Source: Archangium sp. (GTDB lineage Bacteria; Myxococcota; Myxococcia; Myxococcales; Myxococcaceae). Taken from it: a stretch of DNA of 42,833 nucleotides. The notes beneath the pieces were generated by a model. It was not told where the DNA came from and did no database searches. It saw nothing but the letters and a program-made list of their open reading frames with translations. Below are positions 17,049 through 26,212 of the stretch, in pieces. Position 1 is the stretch's first letter, and the number at the start of each line of letters is the position of its first letter. The DNA lies in the NCBI GenBank assembly GCA_031367385.1, contig JANLPS010000441.1, forward strand, positions 1 through 42,833, given 5' to 3'. The position numbers and the translations under genes are program-made.

Positions 17049-18206
17049 TCAATACAAGGTGACATCGGTGCACTTGCCGTTGTTCAGCACCCCACTGCAG
17101 CAGGTGTTGGCCTGGGCGGTCATCGCTCCCGAGGTCGAGCATACCGACCCGTCGTCGAACCGACAGCTTTTGCCGTAATCAAGCCGGCAGCAGCCGCTGA
17201 ACAGGTTGAGACCCTGAGGCAGACACAGGCGATCGGTGCAGGTCAGCCCGACCGAGTCGCAGATGGGCAACAACCCGGCGCACTCCGGGGCCGACCAGCA
17301 GCGGTCACCGATGTAGCCGGTCGTCGCGCGAGTGCACCGTCGGCCCAAGCACGTGCCTGAGCAGCAATCGGAGTTGTATTCGCACCAGTCTTTGTCGGGC
17401 TGACAGCAGGTGCTGCCTCCGTCGCCCACCAGGCCTGGGCAGCAGTTCGTGATGTCGGTCGAGTTCAACGCACCGCAGCCGACGGCCGTCTTGCAAAGGC
17501 CATCGTGCGGGCCCGCGTCGGTGGGGTCGCAGAACCCGTTGGTGCATTGGCCCGTATTCTGGCAGCGAGCGCCATCGGGCACCCGAGTCGCCGCGTAGGT
17601 GCAGTGCTGGTCGGCCGCGCAGGTGTACCCCGGGCAACAATCGGTGGCCTTGGTGCATGGCCCGTCTTGCGGCTGACAGATGGCACAGCGGCCTCCCATG
17701 CACTTCTCGCCGCAGCACTCCTGGTCGCCTTCGCATGAGAAGCCCGACTCTTTGCAGTCGGCCGCGTACTCCTGGCAGAGGTTGTTTCGGCTGCACGCCT
17801 GAAGCACGCCCGCGTCGGAGTAAGGGCAGCAGTCAGCCCCGGCACAGCGCTGCCCCCAACCCCGACACGGCGGAGGGCCGGCATCAACCACGGAGACCCC
17901 CGAATCGCCCACGCCCGTGCCGGAATCGGCGCCGCCCATGCCGGAATCGACCACTCCGGTGCCTGAGTCAGTCACACCCGTGCCCGAATCGACCGCGCCG
18001 GCGTCGCCCCGCACCACGCCTCCATCGACGCCCGTGCCCGAGTCGGTCGCCATGCTCACGCCCGAGTCGCCGCGACCACCGCCGTCGCTCGCCACGCTCA
18101 CGCAGCGCCCGCCGTCGCAGAACTGAAGATAGGCGTCGTCGAAGTTCCAACACGCGCTCAAGCCCAGCAGCGCGACCACGACTGCACGTTGAAGCCAGCG
18201 CATCAA
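17049..18206 (-). CDS. Cys-rich lipoprotein with a DSG/DAG low-complexity linker and tandem C-C-CC-C-C modules
   Basis: Lipobox LSAC, DSGTGV repeats, and modules such as CKESGFSCEGDQECCGEKCMGGRC. Confidence 0.85.
   Translation of the reverse strand: MMRWLQRAVVVALLGLSACWNFDDAYLQFCDGGRCVSVASDGGGRGDSGVSMATDSGTGVDGGVVRGDAGAVDSGTGVTDSGTGVVDSGMGGADSGTGVGDSGVSVVDAGPPPCRGWGQRCAGADCCPYSDAGVLQACSRNNLCQEYAADCKESGFSCEGDQECCGEKCMGGRCAICQPQDGPCTKATDCCPGYTCAADQHCTYAATRVPDGARCQNTGQCTNGFCDPTDAGPHDGLCKTAVGCGALNSTDITNCCPGLVGDGGSTCCQPDKDWCEYNSDCCSGTCLGRRCTRATTGYIGDRCWSAPECAGLLPICDSVGLTCTDRLCLPQGLNLFSGCCRLDYGKSCRFDDGSVCSTSGAMTAQANTCCSGVLNNGKCTDVTLY
17886..17990 (-). repeat. Coding 21-bp tandem repeat, 5 units (DSGTGVx)
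   Basis: GAATC/GAGTC anchors on the + strand at 17902, 17923, 17944, 17965 and 17986. Protein: DSGTGVT DSGTGVV DSGMGGA DSGTGVG DSGVSVV. Confidence 0.85.
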
Positions 18207-19057
18207 AAGGCCCCCTGAAAGGTCACGAAGCCGCCCGACGAGGTCACCGAGACCGCCACCGGAGGAGGCGTCGCCGACTTGCCCGACAGCACGAACAAGA
18301 CCGCCGAAGTCGCAAGCCCGACCACCGCAACACCGGTGAACACGTAGCCCAACGTGGCGAAGCTCTTGCCCGCATCGCGCGTCGCCGCGGCATCACCGGG
18401 CGCGGCCGTGCCTTGCGTCAGGGCCAAGAACCGCGAATTCGCGCTCACCAAGAAATACGTCGCCGCTCCGGCACACAGCAACCCCACTCCACCCGCCACG
18501 AAGGCTCCCACCCGCGCCGCCGAAGGCCCCGAGGGCACTGGCTTCACCTCGACCCGCGCTGGAGGCGGCTGGACCCGGGCCTTCTCTTCGTCATCGCGCT
18601 TCTTCTGCTCGGCCAACTGCGTCGCCTGCTGCGTGGCCAGATCATCGGCGCGCTTCTTCTCTTCGACGGCCCTCTCGCGCGCCATCTGCGGAGCGAGCAG
18701 CTTGCGCACGTTGGCCCGCGCCTTCTCTGCAATCACCAACACCTTGGGAGACACCTCGACCGGCAACTTCGCCTCGAGCTCGAACCCGAACGCCGTCTTG
18801 AACGCGGTCACCGCCCGCTCTTCTTTGCCGAGGTCTGCCAGCACCACGCCCTCAAGCAACAGAATCTTCATCTCGTCTTCGGTGCCGGTGGCCTTGGTGC
18901 GCGCCTTCTGCAGCTGCTTGAGCGCCTTCTCGTACTCGAGGTTTTCATACAGCGTGATCGCCGCATTCAAGAAGCGCTTCACTTCTGGGCTTTGCGCGAG
19001 CGCCGGGCCAGCCAGCAAACACGCGAGCACGGTGAGGGTTACCAGGGTGCGGGGCAT
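18203..19057 (-). CDS. Exported TPR-containing protein with C-terminal hydrophobic segments
   Basis: Signal peptide (...PALA-Q), TPR-like LYENLEYEKALKQL...GKEERAVTAFKTA, a coiled coil, two hydrophobic stretches and a terminal FVTFQGAF. Confidence 0.8.
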   Translation of the reverse strand: MPRTLVTLTVLACLLAGPALAQSPEVKRFLNAAITLYENLEYEKALKQLQKARTKATGTEDEMKILLLEGVVLADLGKEERAVTAFKTAFGFELEAKLPVEVSPKVLVIAEKARANVRKLLAPQMARERAVEEKKRADDLATQQATQLAEQKKRDDEEKARVQPPPARVEVKPVPSGPSAARVGAFVAGGVGLLCAGAATYFLVSANSRFLALTQGTAAPGDAAATRDAGKSFATLGYVFTGVAVVGLATSAVLFVLSGKSATPPPVAVSVTSSGGFVTFQGAF

Positions 19058-19058
19058 G

Positions 19059-20660
19059 TCACTCCGTCAGGTTGAGCTTGAAGACGGTGTTCTCACCCGC
19101 CTTGACCAGAATGTCTTGCTCGATGTTCTTCGAGAGCTTTTCGTTGACCAACCGCAGGCGGTGCTTGCCCACCGGTAGGCTCAGCGGCGGCAGCGGGGTC
19201 TCGCCCATGGGCTTGCCGTCGAGAAAGACCACCGCGAAGGGGCGAATTCGAAGCTCGAGGTGGCCCAGCTTCACCGGCGCCGCCACCACAGCCGACGGAG
19301 TGACCACGGCCACAGGGTCGACCACAGACGCGTCGACCTCCGCAGGGGCTGCCACCACCGCCACGGGGACCGCGACGGTCGGAGCCACCTCAGGAGGCGC
19401 CACCACGACGGGCGGGTGCTTGAGCGACTCTGGCAGCGGCATCTTGACCGGCTGCGCCCATTTCTCCCACGGTCGAAAGACGGCCAGCGAGCCGATGCCG
19501 GCACCGACCAGCAGCAGCGCCACCGCCACGGCCGCGAAGGGGCGCTTGGGCGCCGGCCGGGTCGCCGACCTGCGAACGAACGTCGGCGCGCTGCCGCTCG
19601 AGGCCTCGGGGTCGTCGACCTCACCGGCTTGGGTCTCGGCGCGCACCAGCTCTTTGCTGCCGCGCTTCCCCATGGCCCGAGCGGGCACGGTCGACTCGAG
19701 GGGCTCCATCGACCCGCTGGGCGTCGTCATCGGCGCCTCGAGCACCGCTGGCACCACCGCTTCAATCACCGCCGCGAGGTCGCTGGTGAACACCGGCTGG
19801 CCGTGCGCCGCGATGAAGTGCTCGAGCGCGTTCTGCAGCGCCTTGCAGGTCGGGTACCGGTCATCGGCGTTCTTCTCGAGGCACTTGGCGATGATCGCGT
19901 CGAGCTCCTCGGGCACGTCTGGCACCTTGGAGCGCACGCTCGAAAGCGGCTCCTCGTTCATGATCGCCTGAATGATGCTCACTTCACTGGTCGCATCGAA
20001 CGGCATCGCCCCGGCGATGAGCTCATAAAGCACCACGCCGAGCGCGAAGATGTCGGCGCGCCGGTCGAGCGGCTCCCGCGCCAGCTGCTCGGGCGGCATG
20101 TAGGCGAGCTTGCCCTTGATGACCCCCGACTTGGTGCGGCTGGGTTCTGTCGAGAGCTTGGCGATGCCGAAGTCGATCACCTTCACCGTGCCATTGCGCG
20201 AGAGCAGAATGTTGTCGGGGCTGATGTCGCGGTGCACCAGATTGACCAGCTGCCCGCGCTCGTCACGCAGCTCGTGCGCCGCGTGCAGCCCCTCAGCGGC
20301 GAAGGTCATCAAGCGCGCTGACAAGGGGTACGACAGGGGCTTGCCCTGCAGCCGTGAGGCGACGTTGAGCGCCCGCAGGTTCGGCCCGTCGATGTACTCC
20401 ATTGCCAGGTAGTACTGACCGTCGGCCTCGCCGAAGTCGAAGATCGATACCAGGTTCGGGTGGTTCAGCTCGGCAGCCAGCTTCGCCTCGCCCAGAAACA
20501 TGCCCACGAAGTTCGGGTCTTCGACGAAGTGCGGCAGAATTCGCTTCACCACCAACCGCTTGGCGAAGCCCATCGGGCCTTCAGCGCGCGCAAGAAAGAC
20601 CTCGGCCATGCCGCCGGTCGCCAGCTTTCGAATCAACTGATACTTGCCAACCCGCTGCAT
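19059..20660 (-). CDS. Ser/Thr protein kinase with a TM helix and a C-terminal PEGA-like domain
   Basis: ATGGMAEV, VVK, HRDISPDN, DFG and YMPPE motifs; a TM segment; PFAVVFLDGKPMGETP...GKHRLRL. Confidence 0.93.
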   Translation of the reverse strand: MQRVGKYQLIRKLATGGMAEVFLARAEGPMGFAKRLVVKRILPHFVEDPNFVGMFLGEAKLAAELNHPNLVSIFDFGEADGQYYLAMEYIDGPNLRALNVASRLQGKPLSYPLSARLMTFAAEGLHAAHELRDERGQLVNLVHRDISPDNILLSRNGTVKVIDFGIAKLSTEPSRTKSGVIKGKLAYMPPEQLAREPLDRRADIFALGVVLYELIAGAMPFDATSEVSIIQAIMNEEPLSSVRSKVPDVPEELDAIIAKCLEKNADDRYPTCKALQNALEHFIAAHGQPVFTSDLAAVIEAVVPAVLEAPMTTPSGSMEPLESTVPARAMGKRGSKELVRAETQAGEVDDPEASSGSAPTFVRRSATRPAPKRPFAAVAVALLLVGAGIGSLAVFRPWEKWAQPVKMPLPESLKHPPVVVAPPEVAPTVAVPVAVVAAPAEVDASVVDPVAVVTPSAVVAAPVKLGHLELRIRPFAVVFLDGKPMGETPLPPLSLPVGKHRLRLVNEKLSKNIEQDILVKAGENTVFKLNLTE

Positions 20661-20705
20661 CGTGGAGGCACGACCATGACGCAGGTGTGCGCTCTTGCCT
20701 ACCCG

Positions 20706-21782
20706 TTATTCGAAGTTCAGGCTTCGCTCGAAGTCTGCGGGGTTACTGGCGGCGGCGCGGGCCGTGTCAATGCTGATGACCCCGGTCTTGTAGAGCTCGG
20801 CCAGGTGCTGGTCGAACGACTGCATGCCGTAGGTGGTGCGACCCTTCTCGATGACGTCTTTGAGGCTCGAGGTGCGGGTGCCGTCGAGAATGAACTCCTG
20901 AACGGTCTTGGTCTGCACCATGATCTCCATCGCCAGGGCCTGGCCCGGCCCCTCGGCCTTGGGCAGCAGCCGCTGCGAGATGCAGCCCTTGAGCGTCTCG
21001 GCGATGCGCTGCCGAACGATGCCCTGCTCGTCGCCGGGAAAAAACGAGAGCAACCGGCCGATGGTCTTGATCGCGTCGGTGGTGTGCACCGTCGAGAGCA
21101 CCAGGTGACCCGTCTCGGCGGCCTTGAGCGCGATGTCGACCGTCTCGTGGTCGCGCATCTCACCAATCAGAATCACGTCAGGGTCTTGGCGCAGGGCTGA
21201 GCGCAGCGCGGTCCCAAAGTCACCGGTGTCGACGCCGATCTCTCGCTGAGAGACCGAGGCCCGAATGTTCTTGTGCAGAAATTCGATCGGGTCTTCGACG
21301 GTCAAGATGTGCACCGAGCCGGTCGCGTTGATGTGATTCACCATCGCCGCGAGGGTGGTCGACTTGCCCGAGCCGGTCGAGCCGGTGACCAACACCAGGC
21401 CGCGCTCGTTCTCTGAGATGGTCTTGATGATCGCCGGCAGCTTGAGCCCCTCGAGCGTCGGCACATCGGAGGGGATCACCCGAAGCACCAGCGCCAGTGA
21501 GCCTCTCTGGCGGTAGACGTTGACGCGAAAGCGCGCGACGCCGGCCAACATGTACGAGGTGTCGTATTCTTGCAGCTTGTCGATCTGCGTCTGCACCAGG
21601 GAGTCGGGGATGACATTGAGCGCGAGCTGCCGGGTATGCGTCGGCAACAGCTTGTCGCCTTTGATCGGTCGCAGCACACCGCCGACTCGAAAGGTGGGCG
21701 GGTCTCCCGGCCGAAAATGAATATCGGAGGCCCCGTTCTGCACGCCGTACGTCAACACCTTGTTCATCGTGGCTGTGTCCAC
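20706..21782 (-). CDS. pilT: PilT/PilU-family type IV pilus retraction ATPase (paralog)
   Basis: ASDIHF, RFRVN, Walker A GSTGSGKSTT, EDPIE, LRQDPDVILIGEMRD, His box TGHLVLSTVH, GMQSFDQ. Confidence 0.88.
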   Translation of the reverse strand: MDTATMNKVLTYGVQNGASDIHFRPGDPPTFRVGGVLRPIKGDKLLPTHTRQLALNVIPDSLVQTQIDKLQEYDTSYMLAGVARFRVNVYRQRGSLALVLRVIPSDVPTLEGLKLPAIIKTISENERGLVLVTGSTGSGKSTTLAAMVNHINATGSVHILTVEDPIEFLHKNIRASVSQREIGVDTGDFGTALRSALRQDPDVILIGEMRDHETVDIALKAAETGHLVLSTVHTTDAIKTIGRLLSFFPGDEQGIVRQRIAETLKGCISQRLLPKAEGPGQALAMEIMVQTKTVQEFILDGTRTSSLKDVIEKGRTTYGMQSFDQHLAELYKTGVISIDTARAAASNPADFERSLNFE

Positions 21783-21888
21783 AAAACCCCTGAGCGAAGA
21801 ACCGGGCTGAGTGTCGTCTTCTCGACCTGAGAAACCAAGTCACATTGATGGCTCGCTTTGCCCACATTTGTGTACGGTGCGCACCCGC

Positions 21889-22803
21889 ATGCGCGCACTG
21901 GCGATGGTTTGGGTGGTGAGTCTTCTCGGCACTGGCTGCAGCCTCGACCGAATCATTCTCGACGGCACGCTCGAGTCGAACCGCAAGGCCGCGAGCACCT
22001 TCGATACCTTGAGTGATCTCGAGGTCGCCAAGCTCGCCGCGGCGTCGAGCCTGGTGCAGCTCGAGGGCATGCAGCGCCTGGCTCCCGACAACGAAGACGG
22101 GCTCTACCTGCTCACCAACGGCTGGGCCTCGTACGGCTCGGCCTTCATCGAAGACGACTGGGAGCAAGCCTTCGACCGCGGTGATGACGACGCCGAGGCC
22201 GCGGCGGCCAAGCGGGCCCGCGAAGCGTACGAGCGGGCAGTGCGGTTCGGCACGATGCTCTTCGAGCAGAAGAAGCCGGGCTTCGTGGCGGCCACCAGAA
22301 ACTACGATTCGATCAAGGCGTACCTGTCGACCTGGGAGAAACGCGATGCAGAGCCCCTGCTGTGGCTCGGCGCGGCCTGGCTCTCGCGGGTCGGCGTGGC
22401 GTCAGATGACTCGGCGCTGGTCTGCGAGCTGTTCGTCGGCGTGGCGTTGATCGAGCGCAGCGTCGAGCTCGACCCGTCGCTCTCGTATGCGATCGGAGTG
22501 ACGATACTCGGCGCGTACCATGCGCGAGCCCCCGACGCTGAGCTCGGCGAGGCCAAGGCGCTGTTCGAGAAGGCGATCGCGATGACCGGGCGCAAGTCGC
22601 TCACCTCGCAGGTGATGATGGCGCAGAACTACGCGTGCATGGCGCATGACGAGCCGTTGTACCGGGCGCTGCTGACCGAGGTGCTGGCCGCGCCTGATCA
22701 GATATTGCCCGAGCAGCGGCTCGAGAACGTCATCGCCAAGCGCAAGGCCCAGCGCTACCTGGGTGCGCCGCGCCTGGCCCGCTGCGGGTTCTCCACCAAA
22801 TGA
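21889..22803 (+). CDS. TRAP transporter TatT (T component) family lipoprotein
   Basis: ATG at 21889, lipobox LGTGC, helical TPR-like sequence and a C-terminal LENVIAKRKA. Sits immediately upstream of dctP-dctQ-dctM. Confidence 0.82.
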   Translation: MRALAMVWVVSLLGTGCSLDRIILDGTLESNRKAASTFDTLSDLEVAKLAAASSLVQLEGMQRLAPDNEDGLYLLTNGWASYGSAFIEDDWEQAFDRGDDDAEAAAAKRAREAYERAVRFGTMLFEQKKPGFVAATRNYDSIKAYLSTWEKRDAEPLLWLGAAWLSRVGVASDDSALVCELFVGVALIERSVELDPSLSYAIGVTILGAYHARAPDAELGEAKALFEKAIAMTGRKSLTSQVMMAQNYACMAHDEPLYRALLTEVLAAPDQILPEQRLENVIAKRKAQRYLGAPRLARCGFSTK

Positions 22804-23780
22804 AGGGCTCCCTGATGATTCTCGCTCCGTTGCTGTTGAGCTCGCTCGTGTTCGCGGCCGAGCCGACGACATTGAAGGTCGGTTCGCTGGCTCCGCGCGA
22901 GTCTCCGTGGGGCAACGTGCTGCGGGTGTGGGTGAAAGCGGTCAAAGAGAAGACCAAGGGCGAGGTCGTGCTCGAGCTGTATTGGAACGCGACGCAGGGT
23001 GACGAAGCCGCGCAGATGTCGAAGATGAAGACCGGTCAGCTCGACGGCGCCATCGTCACCGCGGTCGGCCTCTCGGTCGTCGACGCCAACGTGAACGTGC
23101 TGCAGCTGCCCGGGGTGTACGGTGGGTGGGAGAAGCTCGACGTCGTTCGCGAGCACTTGCGGCCGCGCTTCGAGAAGTCGTTTCAGGCGGCGGGTTTCGA
23201 GCTGGCCGGCTGGGGCGACATCGGGCTCGACCGGTTCATGTCGAAGGGCTTCGCGGTCAAAGCGCCTGGCGACTTGAAGGGCAAGCGGCCGTGGGTCTGG
23301 CGAGAAGACCCGATTCTCCCCGCGGTGTACGCCGCCGCCGGAGTCGTGCCGGTGCCCACCAGCGTGCCCGAGGCGCTGCCTGAGCTGTCGACGGGCAACG
23401 TGAATGTGATGAGCATCTCGCCGCTGGGGTCTGAGCAGCTGCAGTGGTCGAGCCGGTTGGACACGATGAACACGATGGTGGTGGCTCCGAACATCGGAGG
23501 CATGGTGCTCTCGAAGGCCAAGCTCGACGCGCTCAAGCCTGAGCACCGGGCGATCGTGCTCGAGACCGCGAAGGTGGCGTGCAAAGCGCTGACCGATCGC
23601 ATTCGCGCCGAAGACGCGGCGGCGTTCGAGCGGCTCAAGAAGCGCATGACCGTGGTCGAGCCCTCGGCCGAAGAGCTCACCGCGTGGAAGAAGCTGTTCA
23701 AAGAGGCCCGTGAGCGGCTCGCGAAGGGCACCTTCACGCCCGAGGTGATGACCGACGTCGAGAAGCTGACCCGCGACTGA
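22800..23780 (+). CDS. dctP: TRAP transporter substrate-binding protein DctP (TatP type)
   Basis: LKVGSLAPRESPW, QGDE...GQLDG and DLKGK motifs; ATGA overlap with tatT. Confidence 0.9.
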   Translation: MKGSLMILAPLLLSSLVFAAEPTTLKVGSLAPRESPWGNVLRVWVKAVKEKTKGEVVLELYWNATQGDEAAQMSKMKTGQLDGAIVTAVGLSVVDANVNVLQLPGVYGGWEKLDVVREHLRPRFEKSFQAAGFELAGWGDIGLDRFMSKGFAVKAPGDLKGKRPWVWREDPILPAVYAAAGVVPVPTSVPEALPELSTGNVNVMSISPLGSEQLQWSSRLDTMNTMVVAPNIGGMVLSKAKLDALKPEHRAIVLETAKVACKALTDRIRAEDAAAFERLKKRMTVVEPSAEELTAWKKLFKEARERLAKGTFTPEVMTDVEKLTRD

Positions 23781-23782
23781 AG

Positions 23783-24688
23783 ATGATGAAGCGCCTCGAC
23801 GCATGGTGGTCGGCCGTCGAGGTGGCGCTGGTGGTCTTCGTGACCGCGCTGCTGGCGGGCTCGCTGGTGCTCTGGGTGTGCCTCAAGGGGCTCTCGTCGC
23901 GCACGACTGACACCTTCGTTGCGGGGCTCGTGTTTCGTGCGCTGGTGGGCATGCTGGTGGTGGGCGGGCTGACGCACCGGTTCGGCCGGCGGCCGTGGCT
24001 CACCACGCTGAGCTGCGCGGTGGGCATCACGACGAGCTGGCTCTGGCGCGACGTCGGCGTCGAGTGGGCCACGAACGTGCTCGGCTGGTTGCAAGACGGC
24101 TCGACCTTGACGTTGTTCGGAGGGCTCCGCGGGTTTGGCACCCGGCTCACGCTGTGGTTGGCGCTGCTCGGAGCGTCGTTGGCGACGGCGAGTGGCCGGC
24201 ATGTGTCGATTGACGTGGCGAAGAGCGCGCTGGGTGAGGCAGCGAGAGCGCCCCTGGCACGGCTCGGGGGGGTGGTCGCGGCGGCGGTGTGCTTGGTGAG
24301 CGCGTGGGGGTTCTTTGATTTCACCGCCGTCGATGCGTTCGCCGCGGCGCCGGGGTCGAGCGCGAGCAGCAAGGTCGCGACGGTGGTCGGCGGAGTTTCC
24401 CGTCACACCTCGTTCGTCGTGCGGCAACTGACGAGCGACGTTCAAGTGATGCCATCTGTGCTCTCGGGCACGAGCTGGAGCACCCTGCCCGACCTGCTCA
24501 TCGCCACGCCGGGAGAAGCGACGCGCGGGCTGCTGGTGAAGACGATGAACCTGATCGTGCCGCTGGGGTTGCTGCTCATCGCGCTGCGATTTCTTCTCTG
24601 GGTGCTCATGGGCCCCGGCGAAGAGCCCCCTCCGGTCATTCTGAGCGAAGGCCAACGGCCGCAGTCGAAGCACGGCACCTCGTCATGA
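23783..24688 (+). CDS. TRAP transporter small permease DctQ-like, extended
   Basis: LWLALLGASLATASGRHVSID and IVPLGLLLIALRF motifs; located between dctP and dctM. Confidence 0.8.
   Translation: MMKRLDAWWSAVEVALVVFVTALLAGSLVLWVCLKGLSSRTTDTFVAGLVFRALVGMLVVGGLTHRFGRRPWLTTLSCAVGITTSWLWRDVGVEWATNVLGWLQDGSTLTLFGGLRGFGTRLTLWLALLGASLATASGRHVSIDVAKSALGEAARAPLARLGGVVAAAVCLVSAWGFFDFTAVDAFAAAPGSSASSKVATVVGGVSRHTSFVVRQLTSDVQVMPSVLSGTSWSTLPDLLIATPGEATRGLLVKTMNLIVPLGLLLIALRFLLWVLMGPGEEPPPVILSEGQRPQSKHGTSS
24635..24673 (+). repeat. REP-like element copy 1, read in frame in the dctQ C-terminus
   Basis: GTCATTCTGAGCGAAGGCCAACGGCCGCAGTCGAAGCAC; resembles the sequence at 26213-26251. Confidence 0.5.
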
Positions 24689-26202
24689 AGGCCCGCACCA
24701 CTGCCCTGACCAGCATCGGTGCCGTCACCTCCGCCGCGACCTGGGCTGGCGGCTGGCCCGCGGGCCTCGTCACACTTGGCGCCCTCTTCGGAGTCCCCCT
24801 CTTCGCGGTGCTCGCAGGCGCCGCCGCGCTGGCCTGGTCAATTCAAGGCAGCCCACTCAACCGCCTGGCGCCCAAAGTGCTCGACGAGCAGTTCGCCGGC
24901 TCCCCCGTCCTCGTCACGATTCCCCTCTTCACGGCGCTCGGGTACGTGCTGGCCGAGTCACAAGCGCCCAAGCGAATCGTCGAAGCCTCGCGCTCCATCT
25001 TCGGTTGGCTCCCCGGAGGCCTCGCCCTCGTCTGCCTCGCCGCCAGCGCCTTCTTCACCACCCTCACCGGAGGCAGCGGAGTCACCATCGTCGCGGTCGG
25101 AGGGCTCCTGCTGCCGACGCTGCGGGCGCAAGGCTACTCAGAGAAGTTCTCACTCGGCCTGGTGACAACGGGCGGTTCACTCGGGCTGCTGCTCCCGCCG
25201 TCGTTGCCGATACTCGTCTACGCGCTGGTCGCGGGGCTCGACTTCAACGTGGCGTTTCTCGCGGGGCTCTTGCCGGGAGCGTTGGTGCTGGTGGTGCTCG
25301 GCCTCTACTCAGCGTGGGTGGCCCGGCGTGAGGGCGTTCGCCGTGACGCGTTCGAGCCGCGCAAAGCCCTCTCGGCGCTCTGGTTGGTGAAGTGGGAGCT
25401 CGGCACGCCCATTCTCATTCTCGGTGGGCTCGGCACCTCGCTGACGACCCTCGATGAGAGCGCGGCGCTGGCGCTGATCTACACAGTCGGCGTCTCGCTC
25501 TTCATTCACCGCGACCTGAAGTGGCGCGACCTGCCGCGAATTCTGCAACAGGCCATCTCGCTCGCCGGAGCGGTGATGTTGATTCTGATGATGGCCAACG
25601 CGCTGATGAACTTCGTGATTGATCAGCAAGTGCCCGCGCGAGTGCTCGAGGCGTTGCTGCAAGTCGGGTTGACCGAGCGCTGGCAGTTTCTGGTGGTCCT
25701 AAACCTCTTCTTGCTGATCATCGGCATGGTGATGGACGGGTTCTCGGCGTTGATCGTCGCGGTGCCGCTGGTGTTGCCGTTCGCGGCGCGCTTTGGGCTG
25801 CACCCATTTCACCTGGCAATGATGGTGATCTTGAACCTCGAGCTGGCCTTTTGCGCTCCGCCGCTGGGGCTGAACCTGTTCATCGCCAGCTTTCGGTTTC
25901 GGCTGCCGGTGGCCTCGCTCTACCGCGCGGTACTGCCATTCGTGGCGTTGCTCGCGTTGTGCCTGGGCGGAGTGATGGCCGTGCCGTGGCTGTCGACCAG
26001 ACTCGTTCAACCGAGCATCGATGCGGCGAGGGCGCAGGCGGCGGCGCTGAACGTGCCTCCGCGCGACGCGTGGAACATGGAGTGCGTGCAGCAAGACCCG
26101 CTGACACCGAGGCCGTGTACCGAGGCTGAACGGTCGCAGTACGCAGAGCCCGATGCCGGCACCGACGACGACGCCGCCCTGTTGAGAGAAATGCTCCAGT
26201 AA
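24685..26202 (+). CDS. dctM: TRAP transporter large permease DctM
   Basis: TIPLF, TGGSGVT, GSLGLLLPPSLP, GMVMD and PPLGLNLF motifs; polytopic. Confidence 0.92.
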   Translation: MKARTTALTSIGAVTSAATWAGGWPAGLVTLGALFGVPLFAVLAGAAALAWSIQGSPLNRLAPKVLDEQFAGSPVLVTIPLFTALGYVLAESQAPKRIVEASRSIFGWLPGGLALVCLAASAFFTTLTGGSGVTIVAVGGLLLPTLRAQGYSEKFSLGLVTTGGSLGLLLPPSLPILVYALVAGLDFNVAFLAGLLPGALVLVVLGLYSAWVARREGVRRDAFEPRKALSALWLVKWELGTPILILGGLGTSLTTLDESAALALIYTVGVSLFIHRDLKWRDLPRILQQAISLAGAVMLILMMANALMNFVIDQQVPARVLEALLQVGLTERWQFLVVLNLFLLIIGMVMDGFSALIVAVPLVLPFAARFGLHPFHLAMMVILNLELAFCAPPLGLNLFIASFRFRLPVASLYRAVLPFVALLALCLGGVMAVPWLSTRLVQPSIDAARAQAAALNVPPRDAWNMECVQQDPLTPRPCTEAERSQYAEPDAGTDDDAALLREMLQ

Positions 26203-26212
26203 CCGCCAACCC

